The position numbers and the translations under genes are program-made. Below, in pieces: positions 47,509-61,200 of a DNA stretch of 64,000 bases; positions within the stretch are counted from its first letter, which is position 1; each line of letters starts with the position of its first letter. Source of the stretch: Paraspadella gotoi (Eukaryota; Animalia; Chaetognatha); assembly GCA_051294375.1 (NCBI GenBank), contig CM119263.1:24429177-24493176 (forward strand), given 5' to 3'. Under the pieces are notes generated by a model that saw nothing but the letters and a program-made list of their open reading frames with translations, had not been told where the DNA came from and ran no database searches.

Positions 47509-48502
47509 TCTCTCTCTCTCTCTTTCTCTCTTCCTCCTGGACATCTCTCTCTCTCTCAAAAAGGGTTTCCACAGGTTTAGATGATTATGCTGGAATATCG
47601 TTTAAAATCCAGGAAAATTGTTGGCGTGAAACGAAGGGAGCCTTGGCGTCGAGAAAAATTTTTTTTTTTTTCTTAGCACGCGGAGGCGGGAGGGGGTGAA
47701 GTGTTGGGACGAACGGGGGGTGGTGGCCGATGAGTTTTCCCCACCGCCCACCTCAATCCCACCTTTATCAGGGGGTGCGCGGTGTGGGGAGAGGTTGAAA
47801 ATATCGGCTATGAAAACGACCGCGGATACGATGAAGGGAGGGCGGAGCGGGGGGGTGAGGGGGAGGAAAGAGGCCGAATAAAGTCGGTCACTATTTTGCC
47901 CTCATTTCCTTCGCTAACGAAATTTTCTTCCCGCTCGTTTTTTTTTTTCTTCTTCTCCCTTTTTCGGTCTGGGATGAATCAAAGCGAGAGTATCCAGGAT
48001 TCGCAACGCATCTCTCGTTGAAGGAGGTGGTCGAGTGATGGGGTGGAGAGGATCGTGAAAGAATTGGGGTGGAAAGACTGGGTGTTAGGGTTGATGGAAA
48101 AAAAAAACGGGGTAAGCTTCGATATCTCGTAACCTTGGAAACGATGAGCATAGATCATCAATACTCTTGCTCGTCAAAAGGTTTTCAGGGAAAACTTTTT
48201 GGCGGGAATTTTGCTCAAAACTAAATGGAAATTCCATCAAAGATTCCATTACGAAAAACGTCAAAAGTTAGTTTAGATTTTGTACAGCGAAGCTTGAAAT
48301 ATGGATGAAACTCCAACACAAGGCTTAACTTATCCCAGCGACTAAAAAATTCCAAGTAATAATTCACGTCGAAAGGAAAACAATTCCATCTAAGAGCAAA
48401 CAGAAAAATAATTCCATCTCTCCGCGTTTTCCCAGGAACCGAGGGTCCATTTCGACCCCCCGCAACAGGGGGGACCGGTTGGCGGGAGGCTGTCGACCCC
48501 GT

Positions 48503-50095
48503 CCGGGTCCATTCTCGCCCCGATGGGTCGAGAAGGACAACCGGGCAGCGACGGGCTCGAACCCCTTTTGTCAATCCCTTCGGTTTCTCCTCGTGTTTGT
48601 CGCGTTTTTTGTCATTTATTTTCTATTCATTCGTCTTTTGTTTTTCTTTTTGTTTCGTTTCGATCTTTTCTGTCTTTTCTTCTCTCGGCCACGAGCGCCG
48701 GCGCGGAAACGACGACGACAACGACGACGACATCGATTCTTGTTTGATCGGCAATAAATTCACACCTCATCAAATCCGCGGCCTCGGCCGTGAGTCTCCT
48801 CGGTTTTAAGGGGGCGGGAAAGAGGGGGGGGGGAGGCTAAAGATGTTTTGTGCCGGGCGGAGGTGTTGATTGCCGGACGCCGGACGGAACGTCGGTCCAC
48901 CCCGATCGGTCGGTCGGTCGTTGAATTCCAAAACACACAAAAACCTTAAAAGCCGATTTCGATTCTTGTATGGGAATTTTTTTTGCGTCGCTATGCAAAC
49001 TAGACGAACCGTTGGAAAATCAAACAGCGTCGACGTTAACTATGACGCATTTTTTCGTTTGATTTAATTTTTTTGACCCGCCGTTGACAGAAATTTATGT
49101 TGTTTTTTTTTCCCTCTCCATTGTTGCCAAGTGATCGTCGCAATTGTGGTTTTGAAAAGGCTTTAACTGTTAAATCTTCAATTCTTGAAACCTAAAACCA
49201 AGCTGCGGTATAAGTACTAGTAATTTCCTGTATATGAACCAAAACTTTCAAAATATTTCGTGTTTTTGTATTACTAATATTATAATAACCCAATTGAAAA
49301 ACCGGGTCCATTCTCGCCCCGATGGTCGAGAAGGACAAACCGGCAGCGACGGGCTCGAACCCTTTTGTCAATCCCTTCGTTTCTCCTCGTGTTTTGTCGC
49401 GTTTTTTGTCATTTATTTTCTATTCATTCGTCTTTTGTTTTTCTTTTTGTTTCGTTTCGATCTTTTCTGTCTTTTCTTCTCTCGGCCACGAGCGCCGGCG
49501 CGGAAACGACGACGACAACGACGACGACATCGATTCTTGTTTGATCGGCAATAAATTCACACCTCATCAAATCCGCGGCCTCGGCCGTGAGTCTCCTCGG
49601 TTTTAAGGGGGCGGGAAAGAGGGGGGGGAGGCTAAAGATGTTTTGTGCCGGGCGGAGGTGTTGATTGCCGGACGCCGGACGGAACGTCGGTCCACCCCGA
49701 TCGGTCGGTCGGTCGTTTGAATTCCAAAACACACAAAAACCTTAAAAGCCGATTTCGATTCTTGTATGGGAATTTTTTTTTGCGTCGCTATGCAAACTAG
49801 ACGAACCGTTGGAAAATCAAACAGCGTCGACGTTAACTATGACGCATTTTTTCGTTTGATTTAATTTTTTTGACCCGCCGTTGACAGAAATTTATGTTGT
49901 TTTTTTTTCCCTCTCCATTGTTGCCAAGTGATCGTCGCAATTGTGGTCTTGAAAAGCTTTAACTGTTAAATCTTCAATTCTTGAAACCTAAAAACCAAGC
50001 TGCGGTATAAGTACTAGTAATTTACTGTATATGAACCAAAACTTTCAAAATATTTCGTGTATTAGTATTACTAATATTATAACCCAATTGAAAAA
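48503..50095 (+). repeat. ~800-bp head-to-tail direct duplication (48503-49301 / 49302-50095)
   Basis: Both copies start ccgggtccattctcgccccgatgg and end aacccaattgaaaaa; they differ mainly by 1-3 nt indels. Confidence 0.95.
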
Positions 50096-50323
50096 ACAAC
50101 CTCCCAACAAACTTTAAATTGGAGCTATCAAGTCAAAACGATAATGATGAACAAACGTGGAAGACGGAAAAAAAATAATCTGGTCCAGAGACCAGCGTAA
50201 AAAAAAATTAAAAAAAAAGCTAATCTGGATCAGAGACCAGAAAATAAAACTCAAACGATCTCAAGTGGAGGAAAAGATTAAATTGGCTCAAGACTCAAAA
50301 AATGGAAAGTGGGCAGCGATTTC

Positions 50324-50903
50324 AAGGGCGTTTGAGAGCAAAGGGCGATTAAGAGCAGAGGGCGATTGAGAGCAGAGGGGCGATTGAGAGCAAAGGGGCG
50401 ATTGAGAGAAAAGGGCGCGATTGAGAGCAAAGGGGCGATTGAGAGCAAAGAGGCGATTGAGAGCAAAAGAGGCGATTGAGAGCAAAAGGGCGATTGAGAG
50501 CAAAGGGGCAGAGAGAAAAGGCGATTGAGTAGAAAGGGGTGATGGATAGCAGAGGGGATTGAGAGCAAATGGGCGATTGAGAGAAAGGGACCGATTAAGA
50601 GCTGAGGGGCGATTGAGGGCAAAGGGGCGATTGAGAGCAACGGGCGATTGAGGCAAAGGGACGTTGAGAGCAAAGGGGCGATGAAGAGCAGAGGGGTGGT
50701 TGAGAGCAAAGGGGTAAATTAAGAGCAAATGGGCGATTGAGAGCAAAGGGCCGAGTAAGAGCAGAGGTGATTGAGAGCAAAGGGGGATTGATACAAGGTG
50801 AGGAGAGCAGAGGGCGATTGAGAGCAAAGCGGCGATTGAGAGCAAAAGGGGCGATAAGAGCAGAGGTGCGATTTGAGAGCAAAGGGGCGATTGAGAGCAA
50901 AGG
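50324..50903. repeat. ~18-bp minisatellite, >30 copies (aggggcgattgagagcaa)
   Basis: Directly visible. Frequent indels; explains the LLSIAP/ALNRPF/LCSQSP pseudo-ORFs. Confidence 0.95.
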
Positions 50904-52342
50904 AGCGCTTGGAAAAACGATGTTTTTGCTTTGGGAAATACAGCTATGATGATTTAGAATCTTTACGTAAGAACGTTGGCAAAATAATTTTAAAAAAGTT
51001 TCGTATTTATTGTATTTGTTGATCCTAGAAAAAATTGTAACATTAATTTATAAAAAAACAATGTTATGTTTGTAAAAACTCGTCCATTTTCCATAATTCA
51101 CCAGGAACCACGGTAATACTAATAGGTGCTTAACTACGTAATGTCATCGATCCCTCGTCTTTTGATCACTCGATNNNNNNNNNNNNNNNNNNNNNNNNNC
51201 GCTTTCGATCGCTTTCGATCGCTTCGGCGCTAAAAAGCTCAAAGTGAGTCTCGCCGCGTGACGTCTTCGACTTCTGCTCCGCGGGATTCCACCGAAACAA
51301 AGACGCCATTCCTCTCCGCTGATTGCCGCCAAGTCGGCCGCCGACTCGCGTTCCTCTAGCCGACGCAACCGACAACACTCGGTCCACTATCTCCGGCGCG
51401 AACATCGGGTCCGCCGACGAATTAACGAGCCAGCTGTCTCGGTTGGTGATCTTATTATTATTGTTGTTGTTACTTGCTGCACCATTCACGGTTTAGACAC
51501 GGTGAAACCTGCTGATAACAAACAAGGTGTTAACTACATAGCATATAATTGCATCGAGTTAAAATTCGATATTCTCAAATTGCCGCTCGAGCAGTTATAC
51601 TAATAGTCTAATACCCAGAAACGTCAACACAAAATACAAAGTACTGAGCTTAGTCATTGGTCAATGGTCATAAGAAGAATATCCCAAAAGTTTTGAATTG
51701 ATTCCGGGTTTTATAAAATTTAATTTTTCGCCCCATTTAGACTATGATAAAATTTTAAACGCAACATAATTTCAAAATACTTTTATTGCTCGAAGAGAGA
51801 TAGTGAATTGTTAAGTATTTTGTCATTAAAAAGAAATTAATTTCGTTCGATCACTGCATTACCATCCCGTTTCTATCCCCGGGGCCACGCCGAGGCTGCA
51901 ATTAATTTTCCATTTTTCTACCAAATTTTCAGTAAAAATATGTTTAAAAAAATGTTGTATCTTCGCAGAGGTTTTTGTTCGGGTGGAGCCGCTGAGTGAC
52001 CAGATGAACTCCCCTTTCCCCCCAAAGATTCCCGCAAAGTTACCAGCCCCCGCAGCTGGTCATCCTCCACTTAGGGGCACTTTACTTCCCCACTCCGCTC
52101 AACCCTCCTCCTCTTCGCTTTTTAACCGCCCTCTGGCGGAAACGCCCGAAGACACCCGGCCGCAGCGGCGGCGGCCGCGGCGGAGGCGGCCCTCTCGCCT
52201 GGTTTCGGTTCCTCGTTTATTTACAAAGCGCCGTTCATTTGTTTATGACTGGTTTAAAGAGATTCAAGATTTCCACCCTTTGCCCGGCGTAATTGGTAGC
52301 ATCGGGTTTTCTTAGGGGGGAAGGATTGGGGGGGGAGAAATG

Positions 52343-52743
52343 GGGAGAGGGGAAGTTGGGAGAAAGGGAAACAGGGAACTGAGATTAAGGTGGGGAAAGT
52401 TAAGACGGAAGACAAGTTTAGCGGGAACGTTGCGCAAGAAAAGCAAGTCAATTTGCAGATGCATAAATTACTTAATTGGAATACACAAGTGTCTGGGAAC
52501 TGAGGAAAATTCGGTCAGATGTCTGTAATGTTGCGAAATCGAAGACGATTAACTAGAAGGTTTAACAGTTTAAAAAAAATATGGATGAAAAAAAAAAGCG
52601 TTCAGAAAAAGCTTAGCGAGTCTTTTACCCAAAATATGGGACCCATTAAGAGACAACAAAGTTTCGGTGGTTCAACCGAAAAAGGTTCACATATCAACGT
52701 GAAATAAATCTTCTTTTTTAACCACGAAACTTAGCCATCGATA

Positions 52744-52778
<35 letters not shown>

Positions 52779-53088
52779 GTTTATCTTTCAAATAGAAAAA
52801 AAAAATGGCGTCATTTGTAGAGATGGCAACGGCCTTTTTTGCCGATTTACCCGCAGAATAACAGTTATTATTTATTGTCTTTTCGAATTCACCGGCCCAC
52901 CGAAGGGATCATTGCCTGCCCTTGCCTCCCCTGAAAATTAATCGCCGGTTCTTCGTGTTTACCGAGTTCCGTCGGGGCGTGACTTATTACGCGACCAAGC
53001 GGCGAAAGCGAAGGACAATCGCCGTCGAACAAAAGACGAAATCGAAGAAAAACAAACGGAAAAAGATTCGACTGTTGACTTTTTTACG

Positions 53089-53143
<55 letters not shown>

Positions 53144-55758
53144 TGAGTTTGTTTACTTTTTTCCGTTTCATCCCCTTAAATTAGAAATGTGAGGAATCTG
53201 GTTATAAAAAAAAAAGGCCGAGGTTACGGATCTTCAAGTTAAAGAAAATAACTCAGCACAGAGGGGTCAAGGTAAAAATGGTAATCTTTAATTTTATATT
53301 TCTTTCTAGGTTCTCATTCGATGCGGCAACCGACGCCACCGAAAGTTTAGTCAGCTTGTCCTCATCATCGACTTTGGACTTCGGAAGAAGAAAAACTAGA
53401 TTTTGTGGAGAATTGAAAACGAGGGATCGACGTGTAGAATCAGTCGGGTACATGGATCGATCGAGGACGCCGCCTTTCCATCTCGTAGCTTCCGTTTCCT
53501 GTTCTACTTTTGACGCAGAATCCTTCGTATCTCTTATCCCCTCCTCGCTCCTCGGTTCTCACTTTCGATAAAATCACCGTTCTCCTTTTCGAGTCTCCAC
53601 CCGACCCTTATCTCATCGATCCTCCGCACAACAGGAACAACAACAACAACAATCAATCGTTCGTCCTTCAATAAGCATCATATGTTCGGATCAAGTAACA
53701 TAACTGACCAGTTGATTATTCCATTTATTGACACATTGTAGATTTTAATACTTTTCTGCGTTTATTCGGCTTCTTTTCTTTTGCTTCTTCTTCTTTCTCC
53801 TCCTCCTCTTCCTCCTCCTCCTCCTCCTCCTCCTCCTCCTCCTTTCCCTACTTCGAAAATATCTCACGTTTCTTCCCGAATCAAAATATTGTTTTCTCTG
53901 GGGTGAAAATCAACGAATGAAATAAATAGGCTCCTTTTTTTTTTCCATCAGTAAGAGCGATAGGGGAGGATGAAGATGACCATCGAACAATAAAAATATA
54001 TAATTATTATAAAACTAACACGAAGTGAATTTTCTTCTTTAAATACGGATAAAAATAAGTATGGTATATAACTAGTTAAGCCTACTATTTCTTTGAATTG
54101 CTTTCATTAAAAAGAAAATAAGAAGTCCCAGAGTAAAGGCAGAGTGGATTCCTTTCTGAGACGGTCTACTGCTACGGTGCTGCGCTACGGTTCAGCGCCG
54201 CTCCGGCACCGTCGCGGTGCGCGAAAACCCTCGCGCGACGAATCCCTCTTGTTCGCGCGCAAACCCCAAAGTCATCATCTAATTTCCAAAGACGTTTTCC
54301 TCTCCGGTTTATCTCTTTCTCCGAGGTCAGGGGTCAACCGAAAGGGAAGAAGAGGAAAATATTCTAGGGAAGAAGAAGGAAGATTGAGAGAGAGAAGGAG
54401 AAAGGAAAGTGAATAGATGGAAGGGGGGAGGATTATAGGAAAGTATTAGAGGAAAAGGTTAGAGAAAAGAAAATTTTAGGAGAAAATTGTGAATGTATTT
54501 AGACCGGGAAATTGGAACAAAAGGAAAGAAAGGAAGGGAGCAATGAGAGATGCGAGGAAAAAGAAGGGAATGAGCGAACTGAGAAGGGATAAAAGAGCGG
54601 AAGTGGTGAGGAAAAAGAGATAAAGGACAGAGGAACAGGGCAGACTTTGGTAGAATGGGTTCCGGTTATACGAAGAAAGGATGAATATCCACGACGACGA
54701 CGAAGACGACGACCACGACGACGACGATTCGGTGAAAGTCGATTTTTTCTCCTTTATCTTCGCTTTGGCGCTCGGGCGCTCGAGCGAGGGCGAGGGAGAC
54801 GAAATGACGTCTCAACAATAAAGAGGACGATGAGGTTTTTTTTTAAGGTAAAAGTTTGAGAAGTAAACGAGGGTATTTTTTTGGTCACTGGCCACTGGCC
54901 ACTGGCCACTGACCAGGGTTTAGGCCAAGATTTTATGACTTGCAATAAATGGTTGAGGTGCTTGAAAATTGGACTGATTTTAAAGAGAAATCGGGGATGA
55001 AGGGAGGAAAAGTTATATAAGGATGAGACGACTTAGATGAGGAGAAAAGAAAATGATGAGGTGAGGAGATAAAGGAGAAAAGAGGAGGAGAAAAGGGGAG
55101 GAGGAAAAAAGAGGAGGAGAAAAGATGAGGAGAAAGAGAGGAGGAGAAAGAGAGGAGGAGACGAAGGAAAATAGAAGATTAGAATATGATAATTGTAAAA
55201 TATATATAAAAAAATTATCGTATAGAATAGATTGATGGATCGAACTTGAATAGAGAACGAGCTAAAAGAAGAGTGATTAAGATAAGGAGAGTGAGTGCGA
55301 GAGCGAGAGCGAGCGAAAGCGAGCGAAAGCGAAAGCCGAAGGCGGACCCGTCTGCTTTTCGTCCTCGATCTCTTTCATTCAAATTCAAATGACGAAGCGA
55401 AACAAAATAGAAAAATCGATGCTTTTCAAAGACTCTTTTCTGCTTCGAAAACCCATAAAAATATTACCCCCCCCCCGCGCCCACAACCCCGCCCCCCCTT
55501 CGTGGCCGCCCCCTTCTTTTGAAATATTGGCAAAGGTCAAAGCGACGTCGGGGCGCGCGCGATGGGTCGCATTCGCGGCCGAATAGGGCGGACGGGGCTC
55601 TCCGATTCCGCGCACCATAGAAGAAAAAAAAATAGAAGTTATTGGTGCGAGCGTTATGGTGCGCGTCGGTGGCCGCGAGCTGAAATGGGAGGAGAGATGG
55701 AAAGAGAGAGGATGACATATCTCGGTTTTTTTGGGGAGAGGGAGGGTGGGAGGGGAGA

Positions 55759-55803
<45 letters not shown>

Positions 55804-55964
55804 GCTTTTGCTGTAGTTTTAAGAAAAATGTAAAAAAAAGAAAAAAAAACTAACATAAAAAATGGCAAAAAGAAAAAAGAAGAATACAAATGCCATAAGT
55901 AAGGAGAAAGAGGGAAAGAAAATTGGAAAAGAAGAAATATGAGAGAGAGAGAGAGATAGGGAGA

Positions 55965-56011
<47 letters not shown>

Positions 56012-56938
56012 AGGAGAGAGAAGAGAGAGAGAGAGAGAGAGATTGGAAATTGGGTCTCAGGCTCGGATCGGTCTCGAGGATCGAACAGCAAAGAGAAGTT
56101 AAACCTCAGAGGAACAAAGGCCACGCAGAAAATTCGCCCCAAGATAATAAGATGGGGAAACCTCGAGTTATCACCTCGGGTGGTGGTGGATGGGGCGGGG
56201 GTGAAGGGTCTGGGTGAGGAGCGGAGGCGGGGTTCTGGTGAGATATGGGAGAGAAGTTTGGGAGAGAATATCGTATGTGATTAGAGATGACAGTTAGGAC
56301 GATGGGGAAGGTTAAAATTGGGGAGGATATTTATGTACACAAAAGGGGACGGGTTGGAGAAAAGATGCGAGGTTGATAAGTTGATGAAGAAGAAACACAA
56401 AAGCCCACAAATGACGGTAGGATTTTATGAAATGTGATGCTTTTTAAGACCCGCCAAATGTCGATATACTTAACTTAACAATTTTGTCTAGATCACCAGT
56501 TTCAGAACATTCCAACAAACTTCCACCACACGATGGCGCCTGAAGCACTGTTGCCGCCTGATCCACCCACGGCATCGTCGGCGGCGGCGGCGCCGTTTTT
56601 TTCCTTTTTCGCGCCGGGAAAAAAATCGACGCCGGGATTTTGTGGGATTTGGTTCGATTCTCTTTCGGGTCTCATATTCGCCGCTGAAATTCGATGGAGT
56701 CGCGCTTGGGTATTTGGAGCTGGAGCTGGCGTTGGAGCTGGAGTAGATGGGGTTGCGGCTGGCGCTGGCAGGGTGAGTTAGTGTCTTAAGGCGTCTGATT
56801 TAAGTTCTTTGTTGTTTGTGGTCTCAAAAATTGAGAATTGGAATCGAAGTAGAGATATTTGTGATTCCTGGTTCCTTATTCCTGGTTCCTAATAGTACCC
56901 CTTTCCCTATCTTTCCTGGATAACCCTGGTTTTCCCCG
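52343..56938 (+). repeat. Left arm of ~4.6-kb inverted duplication
   Basis: Reverse complement of 57087-61757 along its whole length (identical ORF starts MSVMLRNRRR, MAPEALLPPD and MKRKKVNKL on opposite strands). Confidence 0.95.
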
Positions 56939-56969
56939 NNNNNNNNNNNNNNNNNNNNNNNNNTCGCGG

Positions 56970-57085
56970 CGGGGATCGGGGAGAAGAGGGGGATCGAGGA
57001 GAAAGGGGGAATGGGGAGAAAGGGGGATCGGGGAGAAAGGGGGGATCGAGGAGAAAGGGGGGGATCGAGGAGAAAGGGGATCGAT
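56970..57085. repeat. G-rich 17-19 bp tandem repeat (ggggatcgaggagaaa) in palindrome spacer
   Basis: About 6-7 units directly after the N gap at 56939-56963. Confidence 0.85.
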
Positions 57086-57086
57086 G

Positions 57087-58031
57087 CGGGGAAAACCAGG
57101 GTATCCAGGAAAGATAGGGAAAGGGGTACTATCTATCAGGAACCAGAATAAGGAACCAGGAATCACAAATATCTTACTTCGATTCCAATTCTCATTTTTG
57201 AGACCAACAAACAACAAAGAACTTAAATCAGACGCCTTAAGAACACTAAACTCACCCTGCCAGCGCAGCCACGCAACCCCATCTACTCCAGCTCCAACGC
57301 CAGCTCCAGCTAAATACCAAGCGCGACTCCAATCGAATTCTCAGCGGCGAATATGAGACCCGAAAGAGAATCGAACCAAATCCCACAAAAATCCCGGCGT
57401 CGATTTTTTTCCCGGCGCAGAAAAAGGAAAAAAACGGCGCCGCCGCCGCCGGACGATGCCGTGGGTGGATCAGGCGGCAACAGTGCTTCAGGCGCCATCG
57501 TGTGGTGGAAAGTTTGTTGGAATGTTCTGAAACTGGTGATCTAGACAAAATTGTTAAGTTAAGTATATCGACATTTGGCGGGTCTTAAAAAGCATCACAT
57601 TTTCATAAAATCCTACCGGTCATTTGTGGGCTTTTGTGTTTCTTCTTCATCAACTTATCAACCTCGCATCTTTTCTCCAACCGTTCCCTTTTGTGTACAT
57701 ATAGTCCTCCCCAATTTTAACCTTCCCCATCGTCCTAACTGTCATCTCTAATCACATACGATATTCTCTCCCAAACTTCTCTCCCATATCTCACCAGAAC
57801 CCCGCCTCCGCTCCCACCCAACCTTCACCCCCGCCCCATCACCACCACCCGAGGTGATAACTCGAGGTTTCCCCATCTTATTATCTTGGGGCAATTTTCT
57901 GCGTGGCCTTTGTTCCTCTGAGGTTTAACTTCTCTTTGCTGTTCGATCCTCGCAGACCGATCCGAGCCTGAGACCCAATTTCCAATCTCTCTCTCTCTCT
58001 CTCTCTTCTCTCTCCTCTCTTCTCCTCTCTC

Positions 58032-58082
<51 letters not shown>

Positions 58083-58225
58083 TCTTCATATTTCTTCTTT
58101 TCCAATTTTTCTTTCCCTCTTTCTCCTTACTTATGGCATTTGTATTCTTCTTTTTTCTTTTTGCCATTTTTTATGTTAGTTTTTTTTTCTTTTTTTTACA
58201 TTTTTCTTTAAACTACAGCAAAACG

Positions 58226-58261
<36 letters not shown>

Positions 58262-61200
58262 TCTTCTCTTCTCCCCTCCCACCCTCCCTCTCCCCAAAAA
58301 AACCGGAGATATGTCATCCTCTCTCTTTCCATCTCTCCTCCCATTTCAGCTCGCGGCCACCGACGCGCACCATAACGCTCGCACCAATAACTTCTATTTT
58401 TTTTTCTTCTATGGTGCGCGGAATCGGAGAGCCCCTCCCCCTATCGCCGCGAATGCGACCCATCGCGCGCGCCCCGACGTCGCTTTGACCTTTGCCAATA
58501 TTTCCAAAAGAAGGGGGCGGCCACGAAGGGGGGCGCGGGTTGTGGGCCGCGGGGGGGGGTAATATTTTTATGGTTTTCGAAGCAAAAAGAGTCTTTGAAA
58601 AGCATCGATTTTTCTATTTTGTCTTTCGCTTCGTCATTTGAATTTTGAATGAAACGACGATCCGAGACCCGACGAAAAGCAGACGGGTCCGCGCCTTCGG
58701 CTTTCGCTTTCGCTCGCTTTCGCTCGCTCTCGCTCTCGCACTCACATCTCCTTATCTTAATCACTCTTCTTTTTAGCTCGTTCTCATATTCAAGTTCGAT
58801 CCATCAATCTATTCTATACGATAATTTTTTTAATATATATTTTACAATTATCATATTCTAAATCTTCTATTTTCCTTCGTCTCCTCCTCTCTTCTCCTCC
58901 TCTCTTTCTCCTTCATCTTTCTCCTCCTCTTTTTTCCTCCTCCCCTTCTTCTCCTCCTCTTTTCTCCTTTATTATCTCCTCCACCTCTCAAATTTTCTTT
59001 TCTCTCCTCATCTAAGTCGTCCTCATCCTTATATAACTTTTCCTCCCTTCATCCCCGATTTCCCTTTAAAAAATCAGTCCAATTTTCAAGCACCTCAACC
59101 ATTTATCGCAAGTCATAAAATCTTGGCATAAACCCTGGTCAGTGGCCAGTGGCCAGTGGCCAGTGACCAAAAAAATACCCTCGTTTATTCTCAAACTTTT
59201 TACCTTAAAAAAAAAAACCTCATCGTCTCTTTATTGTTGAGACGTCATTTCGTCTCCCTCGCCCTCGCTCGAGCGCCCCGAGCGCCAAAGCGAAGATAAA
59301 GGAGAAAAAATCGACTTTCACCGAATCGTTCGTCCGTCGTGGTCGTTCGTCTTCGTCGTCGTCGCTGGATATTCATCCTTTCTTCGTATAACCGGAACCT
59401 CATTCATACCAAAGTCTGCCCTGTTCCTCTGTCCTTTATCTCTTTTTCCTCACCACTTCCGCTCTTCTTTATCCCTTCTCAGTTCGCTCATTCCCTTCTT
59501 TTTCCTCGCATCTCTCATTGCTGCCCTTCCTTTTTTCCTTTTGTTCCAATTTCCCGGTCTAAATACATTCACAATTTTCTCCTAAAATTTTCTTTTTCTC
59601 TAACTTTTCCTCTAATACTTTCCTATAATCCTCCCCCTTCCATCTATTCACTTTCCTTTCTCCCTTCTCTCTCTCAATCTTCCTTCTTCTTCCTAGAATA
59701 TTTTCCTCTTCTTTCCTTTCGGTTGACCCCTGACCTCGGAGAAAGAGATAAACCGGAGAGGAAAACGTCTTTGGAAATTAGATGATGACTTTGGGGTTTG
59801 CTGCGCGCGAACAAGAGGGATTCGTCGCGCGAGGGTTTTCGCGCAAACGCGCGACGGTGCCCGGAGCGGCGCTGACCGTACGCAGCACCGTAGGCATAGA
59901 CCGTCGCCTCAGAAAGGAATCCACTCTGCCTTTACTCTGGGACTGTCTTATTTTCTTTTTAATGAAAGCAATTCAAAGAAATAGTAGGCTTAACTAGTTA
60001 TATACCATAGTTATTTTATCCGTATTTAAAGAAGAAAATTCACTTCGTGTTAGTTTTATAATAATTATATATTTTTATTGTTCGATGGTCATCTTCATCC
60101 TCCCCTAATCGCTCTTACTGATGGAAAAAAAAAAGGAGCCTATTTATTTCATTCGCTTGATTTTCACCCAGAAGAAACACAATATTTTGATTCGGGAAGA
60201 AACGTGAGGATATTTTCGAAGTAGGGAAAGGAGGAGGAGGAGGAGGAGGAGGAGGCGAGGAGGAAAGAGGAGGAGGGAAAGAAGAAGAAGCAAAAGAAAA
60301 GAAGCCGAATAAACCGCAGGAAAAGTATTTAAAATCTACAATGTGTCAATAAATGGAATAATCAACTGGTCAGTTATGTAACTTGATCCGAAACATATGA
60401 TGCTTATATGAAGGACGAACGATTGATTGTTGTGTGTCTGTTGTTCCTGTTGTGCGGAGGATCGATGAGATAAGGGTCGGGTGGAGACTCGAAAAGGAGA
60501 ACGGTGATTTTATCGAAAGTGAGAACCGAGGAGCGAGGAGGGGATAAGAGATACGAAGGATTCTGCGTCAAAAGTAGAACAGGAAACGGAAGCTACGAGA
60601 TGGAGAGGCGGCGTCCTCGATCGATCCATGTACCCGACTGATTCTACACGTCGATCCTCGTTTTCAATTCTCCACAAAATCTAGTTTTTCTTTCTTCCGA
60701 AGTCCAAAGTCGATGATGAGGACAAGCTGACTAAATATTCGGTGGCGTCGGTTGCCGCATCGAATGAGAACCTAGAAAGAAATATAAAATTAAAGATTAC
60801 CATTTTTTACCTTGACCCCTCCGTGCCGAGTTATTTTCTTTAACTTGAAGATCCGTAACCTCGGCCTTTTTTTTTATAACCAGATTCTCCACAATTTCTA
60901 ATCTAAGGGGATGAAACGGAAAAAAGTAAACAAACTCCAGCGACGACGACGACGACGACGACGACGAACCGACGACGACGACGACGGCGTAAAGAAAAAG
61001 TCAACAGTCGAATCTTTTTTCCGTTTGTTTTTCCTTCGATTTCGTCTTTTGTTCGACGGGGATTGTCCTTCGCTTTCGCCGCTTGGTCGCGTAATAAGTC
61101 ACGCCCGACGAACTCGGTAAAAACACGAAGAACCGGCGATTAATTTTCAGGGGAGGCAAGGGCAGGCAATGATCCCTTCGGTGGGCCGGTGAATTCGAAA

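Noticed and set aside
50278-50949. Repetitive ORFs (LLSIAP, ALNRPF) and CRISPR-like appearance
   Set aside because: Pure tandem minisatellite with frame-breaking indels; no unique spacers, no cas genes, eukaryotic context.
54886-54914. (cactggc)n short repeat bounded by ggtca/tgacc
   Set aside because: Four-unit simple repeat with no further evidence of function; second copy at ~59137 is just the palindrome arm.
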